Positions 1-11,100 of a stretch of DNA of 28,425 nt are shown piece by piece (position 1 is the stretch's first letter; each line of letters starts with the position of its first letter). The DNA lies in the IMG/VR virus record IMGVR_UViG_3300029822_001159, positions 1 through 28,425 of that record; one strand, given 5' to 3'. The DNA comes from a virus (lineage: Duplodnaviria; Caudoviricetes). The notes below the pieces were generated by a model. That model made no database searches. It was not told the origin of the DNA and saw only the letters and a list, made by a program, of their open reading frames with translations. A program made the translations under genes and the position numbers.

Positions 1-756
1 CTAGTTATTCCCAAAAATGGTTTGGCGGTGTTTTAAACGATAGCTGTCACCGCTTAAATGGATAACCTCACTTTTGTGGATTAAGCGATCCAAAATTGCA
101 GTTGTAATCGCTGGATCACCCAGGATATCTCCCCAATCTTCTGGCCCCTTATTTGATGTAATGATGATGGAGGTTTGACCGTAGAGCTTGTTGATTAGTT
201 GAAAAAAGAGGTTTGCCTCGTGTCGGTCAATAGCCATAAACATTAAGTCATCAATAATCACCAGGTCAGAACCGACCATTCTTTTTACCTTTGCCCTGGA
301 GTTACGGCTAATTTCCTCGGTTTTGAGAAGACGGATCAGTTCGTCCATCTGAACAAAAGTTACCCGGTAACCCCGGCTAATGGCTTCAATCCCCAGGCCA
401 ATAGACAAACAGGTTTTGCCAACCCCGGGAGGGCCTAGCAGAATTAGGTTGTAGGCCTGTTCCAGCCAGATAAGCTCCTGTAGCTGTTTTAGTTGCTTTT
501 TACTTAGAGATTGTTGCTCTGAAAGGTCAAAATTGTCCAGGGGTTTGTATTCAGGAAAAGCTGCTAGCTTGTAGAGCCTCCCTAACTGTTTTTCCTCTCT
601 TTTCTTTATCTCATGCTGCACCAGGTTCGTTAGAAACACTTGGTAACTGGGTTCCGTCACCTGGGCCTCAAGCAGTCTTTCTTCTACCACAGCAGCTGCT
701 TCCGTTATCTTTAAGCGTTTCATATCGTTTTTGAGTTGTTCAAGTTCTGCTGACAC
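1..756 (-). CDS. istB: IS21 helper AAA+ ATPase IstB
   Basis: Walker A GPPGVGKT, Walker B LVIIDD, SIIITSN, AILDRLIH and GDSYRLK motifs typical of IstB. Confidence 0.95.
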   Translation of the reverse strand: MSAELEQLKNDMKRLKITEAAAVVEERLLEAQVTEPSYQVFLTNLVQHEIKKREEKQLGRLYKLAAFPEYKPLDNFDLSEQQSLSKKQLKQLQELIWLEQAYNLILLGPPGVGKTCLSIGLGIEAISRGYRVTFVQMDELIRLLKTEEISRNSRAKVKRMVGSDLVIIDDLMFMAIDRHEANLFFQLINKLYGQTSIIITSNKGPEDWGDILGDPAITTAILDRLIHKSEVIHLSGDSYRLKHRQTIFGNN

Positions 757-2321
757 TCTCTCACTCCCTGTAATTCTTGTATATAGACGTTAATATCTCG
801 TACTTCTACACTGGTTTTAAGTACAGAACGGTCAACCTCGTAAAGTGGTTGAATATCATTTTTAATACTTAGTTTTTCTTCTGCCACGTTATGAAAATGG
901 TTAAAATGATTTAATGAATCCACAAAATCAGTTGCTCCGTAAAGCCTGTTTTTCAAGCAGTAGTTAAGTGCCTTGCTGATAACCTCGGGAGATTTATCCA
1001 GGCTGTGATCTTTAATTATTTTTAACTGATCCCGTATGTAGCGAGGTTTTTCCTGCCGCACCAGACCTAGAAAATCATAAGCTTGCTGGGAATCGTTAAG
1101 GATTTGCGCCACTTCTTGCAGATAGGTATCAATGCCCTTATCTTTTTCTCTGCGGCAATCACTGCTCTTAATGAGTCGGCCTTTTTCAAGGCATACGGGA
1201 TAGCGGATAATCTCTAGCTCATCATCGAGGTTTGCAATGATTAATATCCCCTCATCCTCCTTAACAACAACCCTTCGTTCAGGTGCATAGGTTCCTAACG
1301 GTAGGGCATAACGGTTACCCTTATAAACGATGGTATTGTCTTTGCGAACCACTCTAGTTATAATTTTAGTAGTTGAAATATTTATCTTGTGGGGTACCGG
1401 GATGAGGTGTTGTTTTTCAAGGGCGAACACTTCTACCGGTATCTTTTTTGTTGTATTGTGAACTTTTCCATTTCCGGTCCGTTCTAACCAGGCCAAACAG
1501 TCTTCGTTTAGTTTTTCCAGGTTATGAAAGGTGCGGTTTTTAGCAAAATTCCTTTTTACATATTTCACTACATTTTCAACCTTTCCTTTTGTTTCCGGGT
1601 CCGCTTTTCTGCACATGTAAATCTTGAATTTTCGGGTCTTTTGGTATTCTCCAAACTCTTTGGTGAGCAGCAGGTCTCCGCCGTTCTCACTTACCAGTAT
1701 TAGGTGATCCTGGTCGTATACAATTTCCTTAGTCATCCCTCCATAGTATTCAAATGCGTTTTCATGAACGTTAATTAAATCTCGAGTTGTAAACGGGCGG
1801 TCCAGCCACTCCACATATTTATGCCGGGAGTGGGCCAGGACGAAGGTTGCAAAATACAGGGTTACCATCCTAGCAATGCTGCTACGTAGAGCAATTTGTC
1901 CAAAGTCCATCTGCATTTGCTGGCCGGCAGGTAATTCATCAACGGCTTCGTATTGACGCACGTACTTAACCTGGGGAATAACACACTCCTCTCGTAATTG
2001 TCTGACATAGTTTCTAACTGTTCCTTCGCTAACACCTCCATCAAGTTTTCTTTCCTGCAGCCAGTCGAGCACCTGTGCACTGGTCATATCCTGATATTGT
2101 ATCAACCAGGATTTAATTAGCTCCCGATGCTTATCTAGTTTCTTGGTTCTGGTTTTTCGATTTTCTAAAATCTGTTCCATTTCTTCTGGTGGCATATCCA
2201 GATACTTATATACTGTAGTTCGAGATAGGTCTAGACGCCGGGATATCTGGCTTACGTTAAAATGCATTTTCTTTAGATCCTGGATTTCTAAATACATATT
2301 CCACCCTTCTGCTACGTTCAT
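720..2321 (-). CDS. istA: IS21 DDE transposase IstA
   Basis: N-terminal HTH (ISRRLDLSRTTVYKYL), QMDFG, IVYDQ and KGKVENVVKYVK catalytic segments. Overlaps istB. Confidence 0.95.
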   Translation of the reverse strand: MNVAEGWNMYLEIQDLKKMHFNVSQISRRLDLSRTTVYKYLDMPPEEMEQILENRKTRTKKLDKHRELIKSWLIQYQDMTSAQVLDWLQERKLDGGVSEGTVRNYVRQLREECVIPQVKYVRQYEAVDELPAGQQMQMDFGQIALRSSIARMVTLYFATFVLAHSRHKYVEWLDRPFTTRDLINVHENAFEYYGGMTKEIVYDQDHLILVSENGGDLLLTKEFGEYQKTRKFKIYMCRKADPETKGKVENVVKYVKRNFAKNRTFHNLEKLNEDCLAWLERTGNGKVHNTTKKIPVEVFALEKQHLIPVPHKINISTTKIITRVVRKDNTIVYKGNRYALPLGTYAPERRVVVKEDEGILIIANLDDELEIIRYPVCLEKGRLIKSSDCRREKDKGIDTYLQEVAQILNDSQQAYDFLGLVRQEKPRYIRDQLKIIKDHSLDKSPEVISKALNYCLKNRLYGATDFVDSLNHFNHFHNVAEEKLSIKNDIQPLYEVDRSVLKTSVEVRDINVYIQELQGVRECQQNLNNSKTI

Positions 2322-2397
2322 TTCTTCCTCCTCTGCTACGATAAAAGCTGTTTTATTTCCAGCTCTATCATAGCTGATTTGGAGGATTGTGGTAAAT

Positions 2398-2448
2398 ACT
2401 GTTCATTCTTATTTGTTGTTTTCTGTCCATTTTAGTTTAGCGGTTACA
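2398..2448 (-). repeat. IS21 terminal region with two imperfect tandem transposase-binding repeats
   Basis: CTGTTCATTCTTATTT (~2399-2414) and CTGTCCATTTTAGTTT (~2423-2438), then the terminal ...CGGTTACA. Multiple internal repeats are characteristic of IS21 ends. Confidence 0.7.
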
Positions 2449-5268
2449 ACTTTAACAGGACTTGGTAAATGGTGGGGCAGAAAACCACTTGTATTAGTGC
2501 GTGCAGCTATACTTGGTCTTTTAATGCCTGCCACTGATGATGCTAAAAAGGATATGGATATATTCCTTAAAATAATGACTATGGATAAAAAAGGTTTAAT
2601 TCACCGTAAAACTAAATCAGTTTCAGCGGCTGATGTATTTAGTGTACTTACTAACCGGGAAAAGGAAATATACTTTGTAGATAGTACAACTCCAAAGTGG
2701 AAAGCGGGAATTACTGCTGATGAAAAGCTGGAAGCAGCAAATAAGGCATGGAACCGATTCACTTATGATAAAAAACTAACCTATTGTGTTAGACCAGAAG
2801 AAGCGGAAAACATAGATTTATCACAATGGAAGGAAATAAATGCCCATCTAGGAACAACTGCTGAAAATCTGCAAGAGTTAATTGAACAGCTTGGCATTAA
2901 GAAATTTGGACACAGAGCAATGATTGGAGATTGCTTTTGTGGAGGTGGCTCTATTCCATTTGAGGCAGCTAGAATTGGTAACGATGTTTTTGCTTCGGAC
3001 TTAAATCCAATTGCAGGGCTATTAACTTGGGCAAGCATTAATATTACAGGTGCAAGCGATGAAGAAATAGAAAATTTACGGGCATTTCAACAAAATGTTT
3101 ATGATGAGGTTAATAAACAAATTTTAGAATGGGGTATTGAAACTAACGAAAACGGGGACAGAGCTAATTCATACCTATATTGTTTTGAAACAGCGTGCCC
3201 TGAATGTGGCTATAGGGTACCTTTATTACCAACGTTTGTTTTAGGTAAAGGTACAAAAACGATAGTTAATTTAGTTGAAAATAAAGAAACAATGAATTAC
3301 AGCTTTGAAATAATTGAAAATGCATCCAAAGTTGAATTTGAAGAAGCAAGTAAAAATGGAACAATAGCTAATTATAGGCTTGTTTGTCCACATTGCAATA
3401 AAGAAACACCTATTCCAAGCATAAGAAGAGATGCGGATGATGGTATTAAGCGACCATATCGATATAATACACCAAATAACTTGAGAAAATGGGAAAAGAG
3501 CGATTACACCTTTACATCAACTGATATTTTCACAGAAAGATTGTACTGCATAAGATATGAAAGTACAGACGAACGTTCATTGAGACCTAGGAGATATTAT
3601 GTTGCTCCCTCAGAGTCAGATATAAAGCGCGAGCAAAAAGTTGAAGAAATATTGCATAGAAAATTTTTAAAATGGCAAGAAGACGGAATAGTTCCATCTT
3701 CGTTAATTGAAGCAGGTTGGAATACAAATCAGTTAATATATGAAAAAGGGTGGACACATTGGCATCACCTTTTTAATCCTCGCCAACTATTAATACATGG
3801 AAAATTGATAGAAACTGCTCTCAAAAAAGCAAAGACGCAGAATGAAATGGTTATTTCTATGCTTGGAATTAATAGATGCTGTGATTGGAACTCTAAGTTA
3901 TGTATTTGGAATACGGGGGTAGGAACTGAAAAAACTCAAAATACTTTTACTACACAGTCTTTTAATACATTATTTAATTATGGAACAAGAAGTCTGAGCC
4001 ATTTACAGAACACATGGATAGTTAAACTAAACAGTAATAACATTTCAACAAAATGTAAAATTGAACTAGCTGATGGGAGAGAAGTTACTACAAAAAGTGA
4101 TCTGTGGATTACTGATCCACCTTATGCTGATGCAGTAAATTATCACGAGCTATCTGATTTTTTTATTTCGTGGGATAAAGTGTTTTTAAAGAAGGCTCTA
4201 TCAGAGTGGTACTCTGATAGTAAAAGGGTTTTAGCTATAAAAGGTGAGGCGGCGGAATTCAAGTCAAGTATGGTAGAAGTTTATTCAAATATTGCTAATA
4301 ACATGCCGGATAATGGCTTACAGATTATAATGTTTACCCATCAAGATGTAAGCGTATGGGCAGATTTAGCACTTATTGTTTGGTCTGCTGGATTACAAGT
4401 TGTGGCAGCATGGAATATTGCTACAGAAACCGAAAGTGGTGGGTTAAAAGATGGCAACTATGTTAAAGGTACTGTTCTACTTGTTTTACGGAAACAAACC
4501 TCAATAGAAACAGCCTATTTAGATGAAATTTACCCTGATATAGAAGAAGAAGTTAAAAAGCAAATAGACAGTATGCACTCTCTGGATGATAAAGAAGAAC
4601 CTAACTTTTCTGATGCTGATTATATTTTAGCTGCATATGCAGCTGCATTAAAAGTATTAACTTCAGTAAAACGAATTGAAGATATTGATGTTGCATATGA
4701 GCTTTCACAAGATAGAAAAAAAGGTGAATTATCCCCTGTGGCTAAATTAATTGAATCAGCAACAAAAATTGCTTATGACCAGCTTATACCAACAGAATTT
4801 GATAATTTTATATGGAGGTCTTTATCTCCAGAAGAAAGACTTTATATAAAAGGCTTGGAACTAGAAAAAAGTAATATATATCAGTTATCTAGCTATCAAG
4901 AACTCGCACGAGGTTTTGGGGTGACTGAATATAAAGATTTCATGGAAAACTCCAAGGCGAATGCAGCAAGGTTAAAAACTGCTAGTGAGTGGGCAAACCG
5001 TAATATTGGTGGTGAGAGTGGCTTTGCAGGAACACTCCTGCGTAATGTGCTAATGGCTATATATCTTGCACAAAAAGAGGATAACGTGCAGTCGGGTAAA
5101 AATTGGCTCAAACATGAGGTGGATGATTATTGGAACAAGAGGGAGCAAATTTGTGAATTTTTAAATTATATCTCGACTTTTGAACCTATATATAATATGG
5201 AGAATTGGCAAGAAGAAGCAAAAATAGCAGGTATACTTAAAGAACTTGTATCAAATGATGGAGTGTAA
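2449..5268 (+). pseudogene. DUF1156-domain adenine DNA methyltransferase of a restriction-like defence system, 5' end separated by the IS21 insertion
   Basis: LGKWWGRKPL (DUF1156), SAM-binding DCFCGGGSIPFEA, CPEC...CPHC Zn ribbon, catalytic TDPPY. The first 20 codons of the 2389 ORF are IS-derived. Confidence 0.85.
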
Positions 5269-5298
5269 TTTAAGTATAAGAAGGCGGGCGGTGAGATT

Positions 5299-8067
5299 TT
5301 GATAAATAGATTTTCATCACGAATTAAAAGACTCGATTGTGCTTTTTTAAATGATAAGTTAAAGAATGCAAAAAGTTATGATCGAATTGCCGGGTTTTTC
5401 AGTTCCTCAATTCTTGAAGTTGCAGGGGAGGAAATTGAAAATATTACAGGCACTGTACGGCTTATTTGCAATGCCTGTCTTGAAAAAGATGATGTTATAA
5501 CAGCTACTGCAGCAGCGAATGCTCTTCGTAAAGAATGGTGTGCAAGTGAACCTGAGCAACAACTTACAAACGCTACTCCGAGATTAAAAAAGCTATATGA
5601 ATTATTAAAAAGTAAAAAGCTGATAGTGCGTGTGTTACCTAATGATGTATTTGGTTTAATTCATGGAAAGGCTGGGGTTATTACCTTTTTAGATAATACA
5701 AAAACATCATTTATTGGTAGTGTAAATGAAACTTACTCTGGTTGGAGACTAAATTACGAAATTTTATGGGAAGATGACAGCGAAGAATCAGTGCAATGGG
5801 TGCAGGATGAGTTCGATTATTTCTGGCAGCATCCATCGGCAATACCACTTTCAGATTTTATTGTTGAAGATATTGGTCGTATTTCTGGACGTGAGGTAAT
5901 TGATGATATAAAAAAGTGGAAAGCTTCACCAGAGCCAGCACAAGCTATTGTAGAATCTCCCGTTTATCGTAAAGAATTGGGTCTTTGGGAGCATCAGAAA
6001 TTTTTCGTAGACACTGCTTTCCGTGATCATCAAAAGAGTTATGGAGCAAGATATGTTCTTGCAGATCAAGTAGGGCTTGGAAAAACAATACAGCTTGCTT
6101 TATCTGCACAGCTTATGGCTTTATGCGGAAGCAAACCTATTTTAATCATTGTACCAAAGACATTAATTTGGCAGTGGCAAGATGAAATGAAAAATTTACT
6201 TGGTATGCCATCTGCAGTATGGACAGGTAAAGAGTGGCAAGATGAAAATGAAATAAAATATCCACCAACAGATGATATAAGAAAATGCCCTCGTAAGGTT
6301 GGCGTTATATCCCAAGGACTTATTGTAAACGGACGTGATGAATACATAGAACAGCTTTTAACTATGCAATTTGAATGCGTTATTGTAGACGAAGCACATC
6401 GAGCAAGACGTAAAAACTTGGGTGAAGGTAAGGAAAATGATAAACCACAACCTAATAATTTAATGGATTTTCTATTAAAGATATCAAAGAATACTCATAG
6501 CATGTTGCTTGCAACAGCAACACCTGTTCAGATGTACCCTATTGAAGCCTGGGATTTACTTTATATTTTATCTCAGAAAAATGACAGTGTGCTAGGTAGT
6601 GAATTGTCAAAATGGCGTACTAATCCTCAAAAAGCATTAAACTTAATAATGGATAAAGAACGTATTAGTTCAAAAATCGATGGGTTATTAGAACAATGTG
6701 AGTGGTTAAGAAACCCACTGCCACCTGCAGCAGAAGATCCTATTAGTTTTGGAGTGTTAAGACGTAATTTAGGATTGTCTGATGATACTTTTGTAATAAA
6801 ACCAGATGTCTTTCGAGAAGTTATAGCAAGCAGAAGTCCTGATAGCAGGCGCATTGGTAGGATATTAGAAAAAGGATTTATGCAAAACCATAACCCGTTT
6901 ATCCGGCATATTATTCGTCGTACACGTGAGTTCTTAGAGACAAATAATAACCCAGAAACAGGTGAAGCATATTTAAAGAGAATAGAAGTTGTTTTAATGG
7001 GTGAAAAGGAAAACGAGGCAATCAAACTCACACCTTATTTAAAAGAAGCATATGAGTGTGCTGAAGAATTTTGTGAATTGCTCAGTAGACGAGTACGTGG
7101 CGGTGGATTTATTAAAACATTATTACTAAAAAGGGTTGGAAGCACTATGATAGCAGGTCTTTCCACTGCTGAGAAAATGCTAAATTGGAGTATTCAATCT
7201 GAAACAGTCTTTGATGAAGATGATGATGAATACGAAGAGGAAGTACCAAGACGTGGAAAGAAAAAGGTGAATTCGGAAGATGAAAGGTATAGTGAAGTCA
7301 AAGATTTAACTGATGCAGAAAGAGAATGTTTGAGTAGGTTTATTAAAAAGCTTGATGCAAATAAAGACAAAGACCCTAAATATGAGCTTGTTCTTTCACT
7401 GCTTAATAACAAAGGCTTTGCTGATAAAGGATGTATTATTTTTTCACAGTACTATGATTCAGCGTTGTGGGTTGCAACTGAATTGTCTAAGGATATGAAA
7501 GGTAAAGTTATTGGACTCTATGCTGGTGGTGATAAGTCTGGAATAATATGCGATGGTATCTTCAAAAAATGTACAAAAGAGGAAATCAAACGTAAGGTTA
7601 AATTGCGAGAGATTAAGATTCTTATAGGAACGGATGCGGCATCAGAGGGTCTAAATTTACAAACACTTGGTAGCCTTATTAACCTTGACTTGCCCTGGAA
7701 TCCAACAAGACTTGAACAAAGAAAAGGTCGTATCCAGCGTATTGGGCAGGAAAACGATAAGGTATTTATTTATAATATGCGCTATAAGGATTCTGTCGAA
7801 GATAGGGTACATGATATGCTATCCCAAAGGCTGCAAAATATTAGCAGTATATTCGGGCAATTACCCGATGTGCTTGAAGATGTATGGGTATATATGGCAT
7901 TGAATAATAAAGCTGAGGCAGAAAGAATAATCGATGCAATCCCAAAACAACATCCATTTGAAATTCGTTACGAGCAACAGGCAATTGGAAATGTGGACTG
8001 GGAAAGTTGTACTACTGTATTAAGTGAAAGAGAAAAATATAGAAGCTTATTGGATGGTTGGAAATAA
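5299..8067 (+). CDS. PLD-like nuclease fused to SNF2/SF2 helicase (restriction-like anti-phage effector)
   Basis: HGK and GSVNET...NYE PLD-type motifs; ADQVGLGKT, VDEAH, ATATP, TDAASEGLNLQ and DLPWNPTRLEQRKGRIQRIGQ helicase motifs. Confidence 0.9.
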   Translation: MINRFSSRIKRLDCAFLNDKLKNAKSYDRIAGFFSSSILEVAGEEIENITGTVRLICNACLEKDDVITATAAANALRKEWCASEPEQQLTNATPRLKKLYELLKSKKLIVRVLPNDVFGLIHGKAGVITFLDNTKTSFIGSVNETYSGWRLNYEILWEDDSEESVQWVQDEFDYFWQHPSAIPLSDFIVEDIGRISGREVIDDIKKWKASPEPAQAIVESPVYRKELGLWEHQKFFVDTAFRDHQKSYGARYVLADQVGLGKTIQLALSAQLMALCGSKPILIIVPKTLIWQWQDEMKNLLGMPSAVWTGKEWQDENEIKYPPTDDIRKCPRKVGVISQGLIVNGRDEYIEQLLTMQFECVIVDEAHRARRKNLGEGKENDKPQPNNLMDFLLKISKNTHSMLLATATPVQMYPIEAWDLLYILSQKNDSVLGSELSKWRTNPQKALNLIMDKERISSKIDGLLEQCEWLRNPLPPAAEDPISFGVLRRNLGLSDDTFVIKPDVFREVIASRSPDSRRIGRILEKGFMQNHNPFIRHIIRRTREFLETNNNPETGEAYLKRIEVVLMGEKENEAIKLTPYLKEAYECAEEFCELLSRRVRGGGFIKTLLLKRVGSTMIAGLSTAEKMLNWSIQSETVFDEDDDEYEEEVPRRGKKKVNSEDERYSEVKDLTDAERECLSRFIKKLDANKDKDPKYELVLSLLNNKGFADKGCIIFSQYYDSALWVATELSKDMKGKVIGLYAGGDKSGIICDGIFKKCTKEEIKRKVKLREIKILIGTDAASEGLNLQTLGSLINLDLPWNPTRLEQRKGRIQRIGQENDKVFIYNMRYKDSVEDRVHDMLSQRLQNISSIFGQLPDVLEDVWVYMALNNKAEAERIIDAIPKQHPFEIRYEQQAIGNVDWESCTTVLSEREKYRSLLDGWK

Positions 8068-8085
8068 AATTTATTGTTAGGGTGT

Positions 8086-8114
8086 ATATAGCCGAAGTGA
8101 GGCTTCGGCTGTAT
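8086..8114. promoter_or_regulatory. Intergenic inverted repeat between the defence helicase and the polymerase gene
   Basis: ATATAGCCGAAG-TGAGG-CTTCGGCTGTAT with no U-tract after it, so its role as a terminator is uncertain. Confidence 0.45.
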
Positions 8115-8153
8115 GTCTAAAAAAGATAGTTGTAAAGTGGGTGGTCAAAACAG

Positions 8154-11100
8154 ATGGTTAAAAAACGCCAATATCATATCTGGCAGTACAAGCTTGAGCA
8201 GCTTACTGAAACTGATGGCATGCTGATGCTGGAGTTTGATAAAAATGATGCCGTAAACACCAATGAAACACTGATGTTCTACATATTAAATGAGAAAATA
8301 ATGGGTCGTAAATTTGACGATACCGTTGAATATAAAACTGATGAGAATGGAAATGAAGTCAGGGTAAAAAAGAACTTCATTCCGATTATTACCATAGAAA
8401 CTGGCAGGAGCAGGAATAAGGAACAGACTGCAAAGCTTGAGAAGCTTTTGAATGAAGGCTTTTATACTGATACAGAACCAGTAGGACATTTTGTATTTAT
8501 TGATAATGTTCTTTCTGGCTCTCAGAATAAAGAGTGCAGACAGATTTTTGTGCTGGAGAAATACCTGGAGAAGTTGAAGGAACATATTTCTCTTGGTGTT
8601 GAGCCTGAAAAGTGTACTGTATCAAAGAATCTCACAAGAAATGCATTGACAACAACGGATGTATATTTAATTCCTGCTGATATGAAAAAGCTAGGCATCT
8701 GTATTATCCCCGACTGTGAAGTGCCTGTTTACGAAGATGTAATGATGGTTAATCCATATGCCCGTACTCCAGAGGAAGAGCAGCAGTATCAGGAACTAAT
8801 GGCTTGGATTGAAGCGGATAAAGAGTATTATAAGAAAATTAAAGCAGTAAGCGAAGCTGTGAATGCTTCTGACTGTACTGTGGAGAAAATACCGAAGGAG
8901 AATCGCAAAAAAAGCACTTATAAGACTGTAAAACAGTGGAAGGAAGCTGGCCGCAAGGTTAAGGCAGAGGAACTTGAAAATCCAAAAGCCAGAATCTATG
9001 TAGATACAAAGGCAAAATACTATGCTTTATATATAGAAGAACAGACCGATGAAATAGGTGAAGAAGAAACAAAGGAGATTCCTATTACTGAATGGTCAAC
9101 TGGGCTTCAATTAGCTACCGTTGAAAACCACAAGTGTATTGAAAATGTGTTTGATGGCATGGGGGTAGTATCAAAGGAGCTTGGGGAGAAGTTTAAGAGT
9201 TTTATAAAAACAGATTATTCTATTACAGGGTATCAGCTGCGACTCCCTGCTATTAAAGGATTTTTTCCTGTTGTAGATTTTAAAGCATATTATAAAAAGC
9301 ACAATATAGACTTCATTACCGATATGTGGGGACAAGCACATAGGGTAGATGAAATCGACATCCTTACCACAGAATCAACTTTTAAGGCAAAGCTGAATGT
9401 AACTGGGGTCAAAGAGGATGGCTCAGAAAAGAAGGAGTGGCTTTTTAAGAGTATTGATGAATATAAGGAACTGCTTGTTAAGTATGGATACGATGCCATA
9501 GGTGTATCTAATTTTGCAAAGCCTGTGGAAGAAGAGTTCAGAAGGGCTACATATCAGCTATGGCTGGCACTTAACATTCAAAAGCTGGACTTGCTTGCAT
9601 TGTCAAATGTTCAGGGAGATATTATCCATAAGGTATTGAGCATCTACCGAAAGGGTGAAATTGACTGGCAGGATATAAAGTATATTGAAACCTTCCTGAA
9701 CCTCATTCAAAAGGAGAATTCCGACACCAATTTGGCAAAGGAATGTGCGGATGCCATTAAAGCTATCCATATAAATAAGAAGATGGTTTTTGACCGCAAG
9801 GTGATTCAGACCATTAAAGATGTTATTAATAAAAAACTTGATGATATGTGCATGGGCAGATTCTATGCGAATGGAAAATACCTTTATGTAACACAGGATA
9901 TTCTTGCCTTTTTAAGATATGCTGAGGCTGAAAACAGAGAGCAATGGGAGTATTCAGGCTTTCTTGGGAAGAAGCAGTTTTACTGTGGCGGTAAAATAAT
10001 CGGCAGGAATCTGCTGACAAGGAATCCGATCATGAGCTACTCTGAAATTGCAAAGGTGGACTTTATTGATTATCAGAGAGAGGACTCGGAGTTTATAAAG
10101 CACCTGGATAATATAATTCAGATGCCGCTGGGTACTGAACCAGACAGACTTGGAGGAAATGACAAAGATGGGGACGAATTATTCGTGCTGTCCACCGATT
10201 ATAATTTAAAGCACACAAATATTGAATATTTACAGAATTATAACTTTATTGTGAAAAAAGAGGACAGCAAGCATTTTAATAAGAACTTGCTTGATGTTAT
10301 AAATGAAAGCTTACAAGAGCATTTTAATACTCGCTTTCCTGATAAAGTAGTGGTGACCATTGAAGATTATGTTGTTCCATCCTTGGTTCAGGTTAATGAT
10401 GAAGATAAAGCTACCGCACCGAGCAAAGAATGGAATAAAGAAAATGTTATCCAATTCATTATTGATTCCGAGGATAAAACAGGTGTAATTACTGACATCA
10501 ATACTGCTATAGAAAATGTGGCAAATGAAGAAGCCGACCTGCCGAAGTATGCCCTCCCAATTGCCATTATGAAAGACTTGCAGGGAAAAATGATTGATGC
10601 CAGTAAGTCTGGACTTTTCGACCAAGTGGTAGTGCCAGAGGTAATAAAACTTAAGTTCAGGAAAAAGCCACAGTTTATGTATTATAAGGATGGAAATGAA
10701 TTCAACAAGGATTATGACACCAAATCTGCTATGGACTTCTTTGCCGACAGGATGAAGCAGTTTAAAGAATATGTTAACAGGGTTATGAGAGAGGACATCA
10801 ATAAGAAAATCAAGGCACAGTGTTTTGAAAATATATACAATTATTTGATGAATCCTGAGCTTGATGGTGAAGTGGTACAGAAAGTAATTGAAGCATTGGA
10901 TGATATATATTCCCGTTTTATACAGGAAAACAGGACGCTGGCAATTTTAAAGTCAAGAATTAACCCTTATTCCAGTGATGACAGGTATAAACGGGAGCGT
11001 GAAATTGTAGACCAGAAATTCAAAGACCTTTATGGAAAAACAAGGATGGATGCGGAGAAGATTTGCAGCTGTCCGTCACTACTGGCTACTGCTGCTGTTA

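Larger units (their letters stand above)
1..2448 (-). mobile_element. IS21-family insertion sequence (istA-proximal end at 2448; other end lies outside the window)
   Basis: Overlapping istA-istB pair. The minus strand starts TGTAACCGCTAAACTAAAATGGACAG at 2448. Methyltransferase-like sequence (TLTGLGKWWGRKP) begins immediately at 2449. Confidence 0.92.

Noticed and set aside
2389-2448. Annotated N-terminus of the 959-aa ORF as the native methyltransferase start
   Set aside because: It lies within the IS21 terminal repeat region, so it is not native MTase sequence.
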